Assembly (NCBI GenBank): GCA_963740315.1
Contig: CAVUDP010000004.1
Span: forward strand, 960,001-1,024,000
Length of the DNA stretch: 64,000 nucleotides
DNA from: an uncultured cyanobacterium
GTDB taxonomy: Bacteria > Cyanobacteriota > Cyanobacteriia > Cyanobacteriales > Nostocaceae
Direction of reading: 5' to 3'
Under the pieces are notes generated by a model. The model ran no database searches, had not been told where the DNA came from, and saw only the letters and a program-made list of their open reading frames with translations. Numbering within the stretch: the stretch's first letter is position 1; each line of letters opens with the position of its first letter. A program made the position numbers and the translations under genes. Shown piece by piece: positions 42,851-52,506 of this stretch.

Positions 42851-43298
42851 AATTCCTAATAGTTCCATCTTCCATAATAGTGTTTTTGTAAATAGCTTCG
42901 TAAGAAATAACGTTATCCATGTCGGCTCCTCTGAAGTCAGCATGACTCAAGTTAGATCCTTGCAAATCAACACCTCTCAAGTCGGCTCCATGCAATTCGG
43001 CTCCAATCAAATTGCAATTACGGAGGCTGGCTCCGAACAAACAAGCTCCTTGCAGTTGAACTCCCTGCAAATCAGCACCATCCAAAATAGCTCCATCGAG
43101 AGAAGCTCCCCTCAAATGAGCGTTACTCAAGTTAGCATTAACCAAGGAAACGTAGCACAGACAAGCTCCACTCAAATCGACTTTTCTCAAATTGATGCCA
43201 TCAAGAACCTCGCCTTCTTTAACCCTAATCCCAGCAAAATACTTCTCCCTAGCAGCAATTCTTCTATGCAATTCTTCAGCAGTAATTTCCATAACCAT
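42846..43298 (-). CDS. Pentapeptide repeat protein
   Basis: ITAEEL.RR.AA.E..F N-terminus, A.L.G repeats, TIMEDGTI end. Confidence 0.85.
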   Translation of the reverse strand: MVMEITAEELHRRIAAREKYFAGIRVKEGEVLDGINLRKVDLSGACLCYVSLVNANLSNAHLRGASLDGAILDGADLQGVQLQGACLFGASLRNCNLIGAELHGADLRGVDLQGSNLSHADFRGADMDNVISYEAIYKNTIMEDGTIRNS

Positions 43299-43482
43299 TC
43301 TTAAAAACTTGGATAAAATTAAATTTTATTTATCTTTTTAGTCCATTTTAATGGACTTTCACTATTAGACGGGGAATTGCATTCCCCGTCGGGTGGGCAA
43401 TATAAACCCAAAAAAAACCGGACATCTTCACGACATCCGGTTCCAAACTAAATTCTATTTACCAATTACCAATTCCCTAAAA

Positions 43483-43923
43483 TCAATGATGATGATCGTG
43501 CTTATGAGCGCAACCTTGTAAATCCGTACTCATCAACTTTTGACTGACTTCTTGTAAAGCCTCATCTTTAGGTGTTAAACCAATCCAATTTTCAATAACT
43601 TGGGTATCGAAACCGACTTCACCGCGATAACCGACTTGAATTAAAGGACGACGAATTAATAACGGTTCCTCTAACATTAAATCTAAAGCAGTTTCCGCAT
43701 CTACTTGTTCGGGGTTTATTTCACCAGATTTGATTCTAGGTGATGAACGGTTAAACCATTCTGCTACAGGGCGATTGTTGAAAAACCAGCGCAAACGCTC
43801 TTTAGTCCATTTTTCTTCTAATAAATTATGCGCTTCAACTTGATGTCCGGCTGCGGTTAATAGAGTTTTTTGTTTTGTATTATTTCGACAGCCAGTTTTC
43901 TCGTAAAATATTACCTTTGCCAT
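43483..43923 (-). CDS. ArsC/Spx family nitrogenase-associated protein
   Basis: MAKVIFYEKTGCRNNTKQK.LL.AAGH, PLLIRRPLI; start moved to 43923. Confidence 0.85.
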   Translation of the reverse strand: MAKVIFYEKTGCRNNTKQKTLLTAAGHQVEAHNLLEEKWTKERLRWFFNNRPVAEWFNRSSPRIKSGEINPEQVDAETALDLMLEEPLLIRRPLIQVGYRGEVGFDTQVIENWIGLTPKDEALQEVSQKLMSTDLQGCAHKHDHHH

Positions 43924-44020
43924 AATAATCTCCGTATCAGTTAACAGTGAGCAGTGAACAGTTATCAATTACCAGTTATTTTTTGGTAGTGAAAGTATAT
44001 AACTCCTTGATGACGAATAA

Positions 44021-44129
44021 CTAGTGTTGTGTCCCATTAATTTTGACGGGTTTGTAGTAGGCGATTTATCGCTCGTAGGACTAAAGTCCCAACTACAAAC
44101 CTCGCAAAACTTATGTGGTAAACCACTAG
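44021..44129. mobile_element. MITE-like/REP-doublet element with inverted ends
   Basis: ctagtg...ggtttgtagt...actacaaacc...cactag; shares tgtgtcccatta..ttgac with the 11138-11432 copies. Confidence 0.55.
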
Positions 44130-44143
44130 AAACTGTTCATTGT

Positions 44144-44755
44144 TCAAAAATTCTTCGCAGTATGACGAACCGTATCAAATGCAAAACGTTCTTTCGATCT
44201 AGTTTCGCCGTATAAATTAAAAGTTACGGTTGGTTCGTCACTCATTGCTTCTACACTATGAATTGCACCCGGTGCGAAACTAACAATATCCCCAGGATTT
44301 AAAATAATTTCTGCTGCTGGTTCAATTTTGTCTGGATGTTCTGCGGTAGGATTTCGCTTCCAAATAATATTCTTTTCTTGTCCTTTTAATACTGCGACGA
44401 TTCCCCAAATTCCGTGATTATGAATATTGGATTGCGTTCCTTTTGTGAAGGTAACAGTTTGTACTGTAAAAGGAAAACCCAACTCATCATATAAAAGTTT
44501 AACAGAAGTTCCGGTTTTAGTATCGGGTTCCGGATGTTGAGTTTTTATCCAATAAGAATTAACCAGCAATCGTCTTACTAATTGCCTAATTGCTGCTAGA
44601 CAATTGCTTTCATCTAATTCTTTTTTAAGAATATCTTCTAATTCGGTAAGAAAGCGATAAAGACGATAATTCTCAGTAATTAAATCCCATGCTCTCGCAG
44701 ATTTACAAGCTTGATATTCACCATCTGCTGTTACAAGCCAGTCTTTTCCTTCCAT
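44144..44755 (-). CDS. Cupin (cysteine dioxygenase-like) protein
   Basis: SNIHNHGIWG...GQEKN and AIHSVEA metal-binding cupin motifs. Confidence 0.8.
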   Translation of the reverse strand: MEGKDWLVTADGEYQACKSARAWDLITENYRLYRFLTELEDILKKELDESNCLAAIRQLVRRLLVNSYWIKTQHPEPDTKTGTSVKLLYDELGFPFTVQTVTFTKGTQSNIHNHGIWGIVAVLKGQEKNIIWKRNPTAEHPDKIEPAAEIILNPGDIVSFAPGAIHSVEAMSDEPTVTFNLYGETRSKERFAFDTVRHTAKNF

Positions 44756-44985
44756 AGATCAGTTAACAGTTATCAGTTATCAGTGAACAGTGAATAAGAT
44801 TAAATATATAAATTCATCTTTATTATTAATTATTAACTCTTAACTCCTAACTCTTCATTGTCCTTTTCTGACGTTAGAGAGATCCAAAAAATAAAATATC
44901 GGGCTTTATCAAATACATTTCGGAGAAACAATTGAGTGGTGGGGGTTCCGCCTTTGTTTGGAGCGGAACCCTTCCTCTGGATATT

Positions 44986-45465
44986 TTATTGCTTGAAAGT
45001 ACCTAGTTCTGAAATATCAGCCAATATACCTGCGGTAAAGACATTTGCTCTATCTACGTCTTTGACTTTATCAGATATTTCTTGGGCTTTTTCTGGTTCT
45101 CCTAGTTCAGCGAAAATTATTCCTGTGGCAGAATAAGCATTTACATATACTTGGATAATTTGTTCTTGTTCACGCTGAAATAATATTGGCTTTTGATCTT
45201 CCCAGTCATCGGGCAATTTTGCGATTTCTTTAGCTTTCTCTTGAACTTTCTCTGCTGTTTCTAGCGCCATTTGGTATTTTTGCTTGTAATAAAAATATCT
45301 ATAGGCTGCTATCAAAACATCTAGTTCTTTGTCCGTTTTAGCTAAAGCTTGACTGATGTATTTTTCGCACTCTGAAGTATTGTCCGAATTGTCCGCTGCT
45401 TTTATTAATAGCTGCTTGATATCTTCGGGTACGTCGTACCAAGTGAATTGTTCTATCTGTGACAT
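44986..45465 (-). CDS. Conserved helical (TPR-like) protein, paralog 2
   Basis: FTWYDVPEDIKQLL, DVLIAAYRYFYYK; start moved to ATG 45465. Confidence 0.75.
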   Translation of the reverse strand: MSQIEQFTWYDVPEDIKQLLIKAADNSDNTSECEKYISQALAKTDKELDVLIAAYRYFYYKQKYQMALETAEKVQEKAKEIAKLPDDWEDQKPILFQREQEQIIQVYVNAYSATGIIFAELGEPEKAQEISDKVKDVDRANVFTAGILADISELGTFKQ

Positions 45466-45557
45466 AGTTTTAACTTTCTTTGATGAAGTGATGAAGTGAA
45501 TAAATGAAGTGAACAAGAAAGAAGATTTTGGATTAAAGATAAAATCCAATGAGGATA

Positions 45558-46040
45558 TTAGTCATCTTCTTCTGGAGGACGTGTTAAAACATCAAACAAT
45601 ACTCCTGCGCCAAAGTCGTTTTTGTCGTCTATCTCTTTGACTTTATGACATATTTCTTTGGCTTCTTGTTCTTTTCCTAATATAGCTAAAATTAGACCTG
45701 TTGCAGCATAAGAATTCAAATATAGTCGGATAATTTGTTCTTCTTTTCTTTTAATTAATACTGGTTTTAGTTTTTCCCAATCATCAGGTAATTTTTCGGT
45801 TTGTTTAACTCTTTCTTGAACTTTTTCTGCTGTTTCCAGCGCCATTTGATAATTTTGCTTGTAATAAAAATATCTATAAGCCGAGATTAAAACGTCTAAA
45901 TTATTTCCCGTTTTAGCTAAAGCTTGATTAATGTATTTTTCGGACTCTGAGGTATTTTCCCAATTGTCTGCGGCTAATACTAATAACTGCTTGACATCTT
46001 CGGGTACCTCGTACCAGGAGAATTCGTCTGTGTTTTGCAT
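45558..46040 (-). CDS. Conserved helical (TPR-like) protein, paralog 1
   Basis: FSWYEVPEDVKQLL, DVLISAYRYFYYK; start moved to ATG 46040 because the upstream extension is STRR. Confidence 0.75.
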   Translation of the reverse strand: MQNTDEFSWYEVPEDVKQLLVLAADNWENTSESEKYINQALAKTGNNLDVLISAYRYFYYKQNYQMALETAEKVQERVKQTEKLPDDWEKLKPVLIKRKEEQIIRLYLNSYAATGLILAILGKEQEAKEICHKVKEIDDKNDFGAGVLFDVLTRPPEEDD

Positions 46041-46180
46041 GGTTTGATTTAAGGAGAGGGGAGAGGGGGAGATGGGGAGAGGGGGAGAGGGGGACAAAGG
46101 GACAAGGAGAAATGTCAATTCCTAACTCTTAACTCCTCACTCCTAACTCCGTGAGCTATGCCCAATCCCCCATTCCTTAT

Positions 46181-46771
46181 TTAAAATTTAGTAAGTATAT
46201 AAAGCAGAGTGAAAAGCACAATCCAGATGATATCTACAAAGTGCCAGTAGATTTCTGCCATCTCGATTCCGGTATGTTTGTGTTCGCTGTAATGTCCGGT
46301 GCGACGGGAACGCCATAATACACCTAAAATTAACAAGACTCCGATGAAGACGTGTAAGCCGTGGAATCCTGTCATTAGATAAAAACAGTTTGAGAATAAA
46401 TTGCTAGTCATTCCGTATCCTAATGTCAGATACTCGTAAACTTGACCTAGCAAGAAAATAATTCCCATGAATGCGGTAATTTTGTACCATTTCCGCATTC
46501 CTTTAACATCATTCTTTTTAATAGCTGAATCGCCGAAGTGAATGACGAAACTGCTTGATACTAGAATGATGGTGTTGATAGTTGGTAACAATAACTCTAC
46601 TTCTGTTCCTTCGGGAGGCCAAGTTGCAGTAGTTCCTCTATAGAACAAATAAGTAGCAAAGAATCCACCAAACATTAAAGATTCCGAAATTAGGAAAGTT
46701 ATTAATCCTATAACTCGCAAATCGGCGTGTTCTTCGTGTTGCGCTGGTGACTTTTCTGTGGCGATCGCCAT
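46181..46771 (-). CDS. coxC: Cytochrome c oxidase subunit III
   Basis: FLISESLMFGGFF, TGFHGLHV, YWHFVDIIW. Confidence 0.95.
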   Translation of the reverse strand: MAIATEKSPAQHEEHADLRVIGLITFLISESLMFGGFFATYLFYRGTTATWPPEGTEVELLLPTINTIILVSSSFVIHFGDSAIKKNDVKGMRKWYKITAFMGIIFLLGQVYEYLTLGYGMTSNLFSNCFYLMTGFHGLHVFIGVLLILGVLWRSRRTGHYSEHKHTGIEMAEIYWHFVDIIWIVLFTLLYILTKF

Positions 46772-46831
46772 TTTGTATCCCCCATTCAATTTTGGATTTT
46801 AGATTTTGGATTTTGGATTTTAGGTTTTAGC

Positions 46832-46940
46832 CTCGTTCCCAGCCTCCAGGCTGGGAATGCATTCTCCGAGGCTCTGCCTCTTTTGCAGATTGGAGGCAAA
46901 GCCTCCAGAAGAGTATTACAAGGCTCTGCCTTGTAACAAG
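46832..46940. repeat. Multi-hairpin dispersed repeat between coxA and coxC
   Basis: ttcccagcctccaggctgggaa, gaggctctgcctc and ttacaaggctctgccttgtaa hairpins. Confidence 0.6.
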
Positions 46941-46958
46941 ATTCATGTTTAACGTGTT

Positions 46959-47702
46959 TTAAGCAGTTACTTCTGTTATGGGTTCCAAAGGTTCACCTTC
47001 TGTCACTACACCGTAATCGTAAGGGCCGTGAGTAACTACTGGTAATTCTGCCCAGTTTTCAATGGCTGGTGGTGAAGCGGTTGTCCATTCTAATGTCAGA
47101 GCATTCCAAGGATTATCACCGGCTTTTGCTCCAGCCATCCAACTCCAAATAACATTGATGGTGAAAGGAATTACGGATACTGCTAACAGATAAGCACCAT
47201 AAGTACAAAGCTGATTGATAGCTTCAAATTGTGGATCGTACATGGCAACTCGACGAGGCATTCCTTGTAAACCCAGTTCGTGCATGGGTAAAAAGGTTAA
47301 GTTGGTGCCGATGAAGGTAAGAACAAAGTGAATTTGACCTAATCTTTCATTCATCATTCTTCCGGTCATTTTAGGGAACCAATGGTATATCGCAGCGTAA
47401 ATACCAAATACGGAACCGCCAAATAAGACGTAGTGGAAGTGAGCAACTACATAATATGTATCGTGAACGTGTCCGTCGAATGGTGCTGTACCCAAGGTAA
47501 CGCCACCGATTCCACCTAAAACGAACATCATCAATAAGCCGATAGCGAACAGCATCGCGCTGGTATAGCGGATTTTTCCTTGCCACAGAGTCGCCACCCA
47601 ACTAAAGATTTTGATTCCGGTAGGAACTGCAACTATCAGGGTGGAGATGGTAAAAAACATCCGCATCCAGCCGGGGGTTCCGCTGGTGAACATATGATGA
47701 AC
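46959..47702 (-). CDS. coxA: Cytochrome c oxidase subunit I, 3' part of the interrupted gene
   Basis: VHHMFTSGTPGWMRMFF...HDTYYVVAHFHYV...GMPRR; begins at the 14-bp repeat. Confidence 0.95.
   Translation of the reverse strand, partial: VHHMFTSGTPGWMRMFFTISTLIVAVPTGIKIFSWVATLWQGKIRYTSAMLFAIGLLMMFVLGGIGGVTLGTAPFDGHVHDTYYVVAHFHYVLFGGSVFGIYAAIYHWFPKMTGRMMNERLGQIHFVLTFIGTNLTFLPMHELGLQGMPRRVAMYDPQFEAINQLCTYGAYLLAVSVIPFTINVIWSWMAGAKAGDNPWNALTLEWTTASPPAIENWAELPVVTHGPYDYGVVTEGEPLEPITEVTA
47689..47702. repeat. Direct repeat, recombination site next to 3' coxA
   Basis: AACATATGATGAAC; reverse complement GTT CAT CAT ATG TT encodes V-H-H-M-F. Confidence 0.93.
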
Positions 47703-47970
47703 AATTGAAATCTTCGGTTAGCAAAAGTTTAAAGCTTATTTTAATGACTATTCTCTATATATTCCTTAAATAGTTATTTATCTGATGTCTACAATTACTT
47801 AAATTAGGTTATTTATATCTAATTATATTCGCTATATATTCCTTGAAAAAATATTTTTGTAATCATTATAAATTATGTATCTATATAGACAATAAAAAGC
47901 TTGAAAATAATTCCATTTTACTTCCAAGCTTTGTTGATTATGTCTAAATATAAGATGATTTTGAGATTTA

Positions 47971-49365
47971 CTATCTAAGACTAATTTGCAATTTATACTT
48001 TTCCAATTCTAAGGTTAAAAGTTTTACTTGATTTTGTAATTCAATATTTTTGTTTCTAAGTATTTCCAATTCATCTTTTTCACTTAAAGCTGTATTAATC
48101 GCTTTCTTACGATTATAAAATGAAAACCATTTTTGATAAACCTTTGTATGCATCTCTATAGAATGCCCTAAATTGTCTGCTGCGGCTTTAAGAGGTATTC
48201 CTTGTAAATGCGCTCTGATAGCACAAGCATGACGTAAATCGTAAGGTCTAAATTCTAATCCCACTCTTTTAAACCATTGAGAATTTTTATCTACTATAAT
48301 TGTTAATTGTGAAGAACACTTAATTAGATCGATTCTTTGTTTAAGTAATTCAAGTGACTGTTTATTCTTTAAATCAAATAGTTCAATCCATTCTGGTATA
48401 AAGGGTAATACTTCTCGCGCTCCCGTTTTATTGTCATTGTGAACTTTCCAAGTATTATCGATGTTATCTTCACTCGTAAACCAATCAATATCGGGTTGAT
48501 TGAATACTTCTCTTGGGCGCAATCCATAAGTAGCTATTAAACCATAAGCCAATCTATATATTAAATAAGTATTCCAATAAGGCTTTTTTTTCTGTTCGTC
48601 TGTTTCGCAGTATTTATTAAATGCATAAAATCCATTAATGATTATCTTATCTTGAGGGATATCTCTTTTTTTTACTTTAATAGGAAGCTTGAGTGTTTTA
48701 AAGTCAATCTCTATTTCTAAGTATTTACAAACAATGCTAGCTACTTTTAGTGCTTGAAATCTTTTGCTGCTTGACTCAATTTTTTTAAGCGAGATTTCTA
48801 TATTGCTTTTATTTGCAATCAAATCAAATGGGAATTCTCGTTTGAATACTTTTTTATATTCAGTTAATGTATGTTCGCTTTTAATATCTCTTTTTCTCGA
48901 CTTAAAAAATATATCTTCAAACTGTTCGTATATCTCACCAAAAGTTATATCAACATTCTGAGAAATTTTACATCCTAAATATTTATCATTCCACTCGAAA
49001 CACTTTCTGGATATTAATCTACTTAATTCATAAGCTTCTTCTTCTGCTGTTCTTAATCCATCTAAGTTTGCCGGTATATTAAGCGATATTTGATACTGCT
49101 TTGTTTTTCTACCTTTTATATTAATGTCATCCGGCTTAAGCGGTAGCGTCGCTCGTAGCTGTATTGCATTACCTTTCATTGTCAGCGAAACTCTTGCTTT
49201 GATTTCTTTAAGTCGCAAATTAGCTTCTCTTAATTTTTCTTCTATCTTCATTCTCATATGAGCTTCTTGTTCTTTGGCTGCTTTGTTTATGCCTAAATAG
49301 CTACCGTCTGTTGTTGCTGATGACTCGAAATCTTCAAATGCTTCTTGGTAGATGTCTGCTTTCAT
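47971..49365 (-). CDS. XisA/XisC-like tyrosine site-specific recombinase (excisase)
   Basis: QLRATLPLKP N-terminal motif, catalytic GLRPRE, KTG, YDLRHACAIR, LGHS, HTKVY; C-terminal leucine-zipper-like tail. Confidence 0.92.
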   Translation of the reverse strand: MKADIYQEAFEDFESSATTDGSYLGINKAAKEQEAHMRMKIEEKLREANLRLKEIKARVSLTMKGNAIQLRATLPLKPDDINIKGRKTKQYQISLNIPANLDGLRTAEEEAYELSRLISRKCFEWNDKYLGCKISQNVDITFGEIYEQFEDIFFKSRKRDIKSEHTLTEYKKVFKREFPFDLIANKSNIEISLKKIESSSKRFQALKVASIVCKYLEIEIDFKTLKLPIKVKKRDIPQDKIIINGFYAFNKYCETDEQKKKPYWNTYLIYRLAYGLIATYGLRPREVFNQPDIDWFTSEDNIDNTWKVHNDNKTGAREVLPFIPEWIELFDLKNKQSLELLKQRIDLIKCSSQLTIIVDKNSQWFKRVGLEFRPYDLRHACAIRAHLQGIPLKAAADNLGHSIEMHTKVYQKWFSFYNRKKAINTALSEKDELEILRNKNIELQNQVKLLTLELEKYKLQISLR

Positions 49366-49470
49366 TCCCTAAATATTCCTTAAATATATGTTGCTGGCAA
49401 ACAATGTTTATTATTTACAATGTCTGTCATATAACAATTTACGATTTTTAAGGAATTCTAGTCAATAGGA

Positions 49471-49484
49471 AACATATGATGAAC
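49471..49484. repeat. Direct repeat, recombination site at the end of 5' coxA
   Basis: AACATATGATGAAC, identical to 47689-47702. Confidence 0.93.
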
Positions 49485-50402
49485 CCACACAAACAAGCCC
49501 ACAACGCAAATCGCCAAACTGGAATAGGCGATCGCCTTATATCCAAAGATGGGTTTGCGTGCGTGAACCGGAATCACTTCGGAGAGAATTCCGAAGATAG
49601 GCAGAATCATTAAATAAACTGCCGGATGAGAGTAAAACCAGAATAAATGCTGATAAATAACGACATTACCGCCTTCATCTGGTTTAAAGAAGGAAGTACC
49701 GAAGTTGATATCAAATAACAGCAATACTAAACCAGCAGCTAGTACTGGTGTAGAAACGAGTGCCAACAATGAAGTAGCTAAAATTGCCCAGCAAAACAAG
49801 GGTAATTCATCCCACTTCATAGAAGGGACTTTCATCTTCCAGATGGTAACAACGAAGTTCAGCGAACCCAAAATTGAGGAACTTCCGACTAAAACAATAG
49901 CGAGAATCCACATACTTTGAGCGGTATTAGCCGTTACCAAGCTTAAGGGTGGATAGGCTGTCCATCCTGATTGAGAACCACCAAAGAAGAAACTACCTAA
50001 AACCAATGCACCGGCGGGTGGATTTAACCAAAAGGCTACAGCATTCAGTTTAGGGAAAGCCATATCCCTAGCACCAACCATCAACGGTATTAAATAGTTA
50101 CCAAAGCCACCAATCGCGCTGGGCACAATCCAGAGAAAAATCATGATTGTCCCATGATTCGTCAAAAAAGCATTATACAGATTGGGGTCGAGTAAATCTG
50201 CATCCGGTGTCGCCAATTCGGCACGCATGGCTACAGCCATCAATCCACCGATGAGATAGAAAATAAACGATGTCACCAGGTATTGGATTCCAATTACCTT
50301 GTGATCTACATTAAATGTGAAATAGTCATACCACTTCCATGCTTCGGGATGAGCATGAGCAGCCACTTCAGTTGTAGTTTGTGGATGTTCTAATTGAGTC
50401 AT
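49471..50402 (-). CDS. coxA: Cytochrome c oxidase subunit I, 5' part of the interrupted gene
   Basis: DHKVIGIQY, HGTIMIF, GWTAYPPL, WFYSHPAVY, WVHHMF, then element-derived PID* (stop at 49458). Confidence 0.95.
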
Positions 50403-50519
50403 TCGATTTTGGATTTTGGATTTTGGATTTTGGATTGTCTTGAAAGGGGAGAGTGGGTAGAGGGAGTAGAGGGGTAGAAGTAAGAATAACTCTTAACCTC
50501 TAAGATGCAGATCTATTCT

Positions 50520-51497
50520 CTATTTCTGAATTTGAGCGAGAGTTGCTGGGTTAATGCCCATCTCCGAACTGTAGGGAGTAAGGTATTCGGATGTTGATAA
50601 TTGTGCGGGGTTAAGTGCGACTGTTTGTGATTCTTGCTGTGCAATGCGGTTTTCTTGCAACCAGCTTTCGTATTCGTCTTTTGTGTGAACGATTACTTTA
50701 CTTCTCATTGCACCGTGATAAGCGCCACATAATTCTGTACAAACTACGGGATAGGTTCCCGGTTTGGTAGCGACAAATCGTAATTCGGTTGTCATTCCAG
50801 GAATTGCATCTTGCTTTAAACGGAATTGCGGTACCCAAAATGAGTGAATTACGTCTGTTGCTGCAATGTTCAACTCTACGTCAGCGCCGACTGGAACGTG
50901 TAATTCACCCGATGTGACGTTATCTTCGGGATAACTAAAGATCCACGCAAACTGCATTCCGGTAACATCTACAGTTACGTCTGCTGCTTTACTTTGTTGT
51001 TCGGGTGAGCCTTTGATACCAACCTTTTGAGTGGCTAAAGGTGCTGCTTCTGATGAAATTATCGGAGCTTGACTGATTGTGGCTGCAATTGCACTTCCAC
51101 TATCATGATGAGCCTCAACGATCGCAGGGCTAGATGATGGGAATCCTCCCATTTGCTTGTAAACATCTACGCTGTAGATACCCAAAGCAAAAACTATTAG
51201 AGTCGGAATTGCAGTCCAAAATATTTCTAAAGGAACGTTTCCTTCAATTGGTGGCCCGTCTGTCTCGTCGCCTTTACGCTGACGAAAATGAATCGCGAAA
51301 AATAGGATTGTTCCTTCTACGATTAAGAATAAAGCAATGGCGATCGCGAACATGACGTTGAAGAAGTTGTCTACTAAAATCGCTTGTTCGGATGCTTGTA
51401 CTGGCAATAGACTATGAGTTTGACTAGCCCAGATACCTGCAAGGGTGACTAAGGCTCCGGCAACTAGGGTTAATAATGAAACAGGAATTTGTTGCAT
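50520..51497 (-). CDS. coxB: Cytochrome c oxidase subunit II
   Basis: DVIHSFWVP and CuA motif CTELCGAYHGAM. Confidence 0.96.
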   Translation of the reverse strand: MQQIPVSLLTLVAGALVTLAGIWASQTHSLLPVQASEQAILVDNFFNVMFAIAIALFLIVEGTILFFAIHFRQRKGDETDGPPIEGNVPLEIFWTAIPTLIVFALGIYSVDVYKQMGGFPSSSPAIVEAHHDSGSAIAATISQAPIISSEAAPLATQKVGIKGSPEQQSKAADVTVDVTGMQFAWIFSYPEDNVTSGELHVPVGADVELNIAATDVIHSFWVPQFRLKQDAIPGMTTELRFVATKPGTYPVVCTELCGAYHGAMRSKVIVHTKDEYESWLQENRIAQQESQTVALNPAQLSTSEYLTPYSSEMGINPATLAQIQK

Positions 51498-52506
51498 AGC
51501 GATTTTTTGTATAAAATTTCGTGTAATCTGGTGATGAATGCGGTTATGTTGAGACGAAAGCTATTCACTTCTTACATTTATTCGCTTGTTTAATCTCAAA
51601 AGAACAGTTAATTATGTCAGAAGATACGCTTGTAAGTTGATTTCGCTACGAATTTTATACTTTTCAACAACTTAAAACAATTCTACTTTTTCACCATTAT
51701 TTTTAAGATAGCTTAATTGTGCTAACTTAATCATGAATTTAAAATTAATTTTACAAATTGGCTTTGCCGAGCAATGAGCAACCATTTATAAATAAGTTTA
51801 TTATTCATGAGACTAGACTAATTGCAACTTTGTATTTGTTAAATTAACCTTCTTTATAATTCACTGTTTTGTTTATTACGAACTATTTTAATACAGTAAG
51901 GATTTTCACATCATAGCAATAATAATCATTCATATAAGCATACCAATAATAATTATGACTTCGGTACTGTAACTTGATAATATCTATCAAGCAGTATTAT
52001 AAAAGTGTAGTGAAAAAGACAATCATATATAATCTAGTATTAAATACCTATTCTTTTTTCTTTAAAAAAATCAATTAATTATGAAGATTGCGTGAAGTAT
52101 ATGTTAAGATAGTAAATAGACTCAAATAAAAATAAATAATAATTTGTGTCGAAAATGATTAATAAATAAGTTGTTCTTTGAGAACAATTGAAATTGGCTT
52201 TATGTTATGAAGGGATAGTTTCTTCTAAAACTTATAGAAATAATAGAAAAAATCGTTCATAGCTCATTACGAACAAAACTTTTTATTAACTTTATGAAAA
52301 CTATAAATAACGAAGTGTGAAATACAGGACTCATTAATACTTGTAATTAACTTCCTTGAATAATCGGAAGTACATATACAGATGTGAATCTGGATTGCGA
52401 TCGGAAAACTATTATTCCGTTCGTATGTAGTGACGAGAAAATATTAAAAACGCATCTACTAAGACTTGAGCCAAACGTCGCAAGAAGTTAAGTGGCAAAT
52501 AGCCTT

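Larger units (their letters stand above)
47689..49484 (-). mobile_element. coxA-interrupting excision element (xis-type), 1,782 bp excisable
   Basis: Perfect direct repeats AACATATGATGAAC at 47689-47702 and 49471-49484; single recombinase gene; removal restores the coxA frame. Confidence 0.93.

Noticed and set aside
42744..43304. 186-aa plus-strand ORF
   Set aside because: Antisense shadow of the pentapeptide gene plus repeat DNA
46959..50402. coxA as a dead pseudogene, two separate genes, or an intron/intein-split gene
   Set aside because: Both halves are lesion-free and rejoin in frame through a direct repeat; the insert encodes a tyrosine recombinase, not a reverse transcriptase or homing endonuclease
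51896..52020. NtcA-like boxes in the coxB-cnfR intergenic region (GTA-N8-CAC at 51896, GTA-N8-GAC at 52007)
   Set aside because: Imperfect matches in very AT-rich DNA with no convincing -10 spacing; plausible but unsupported
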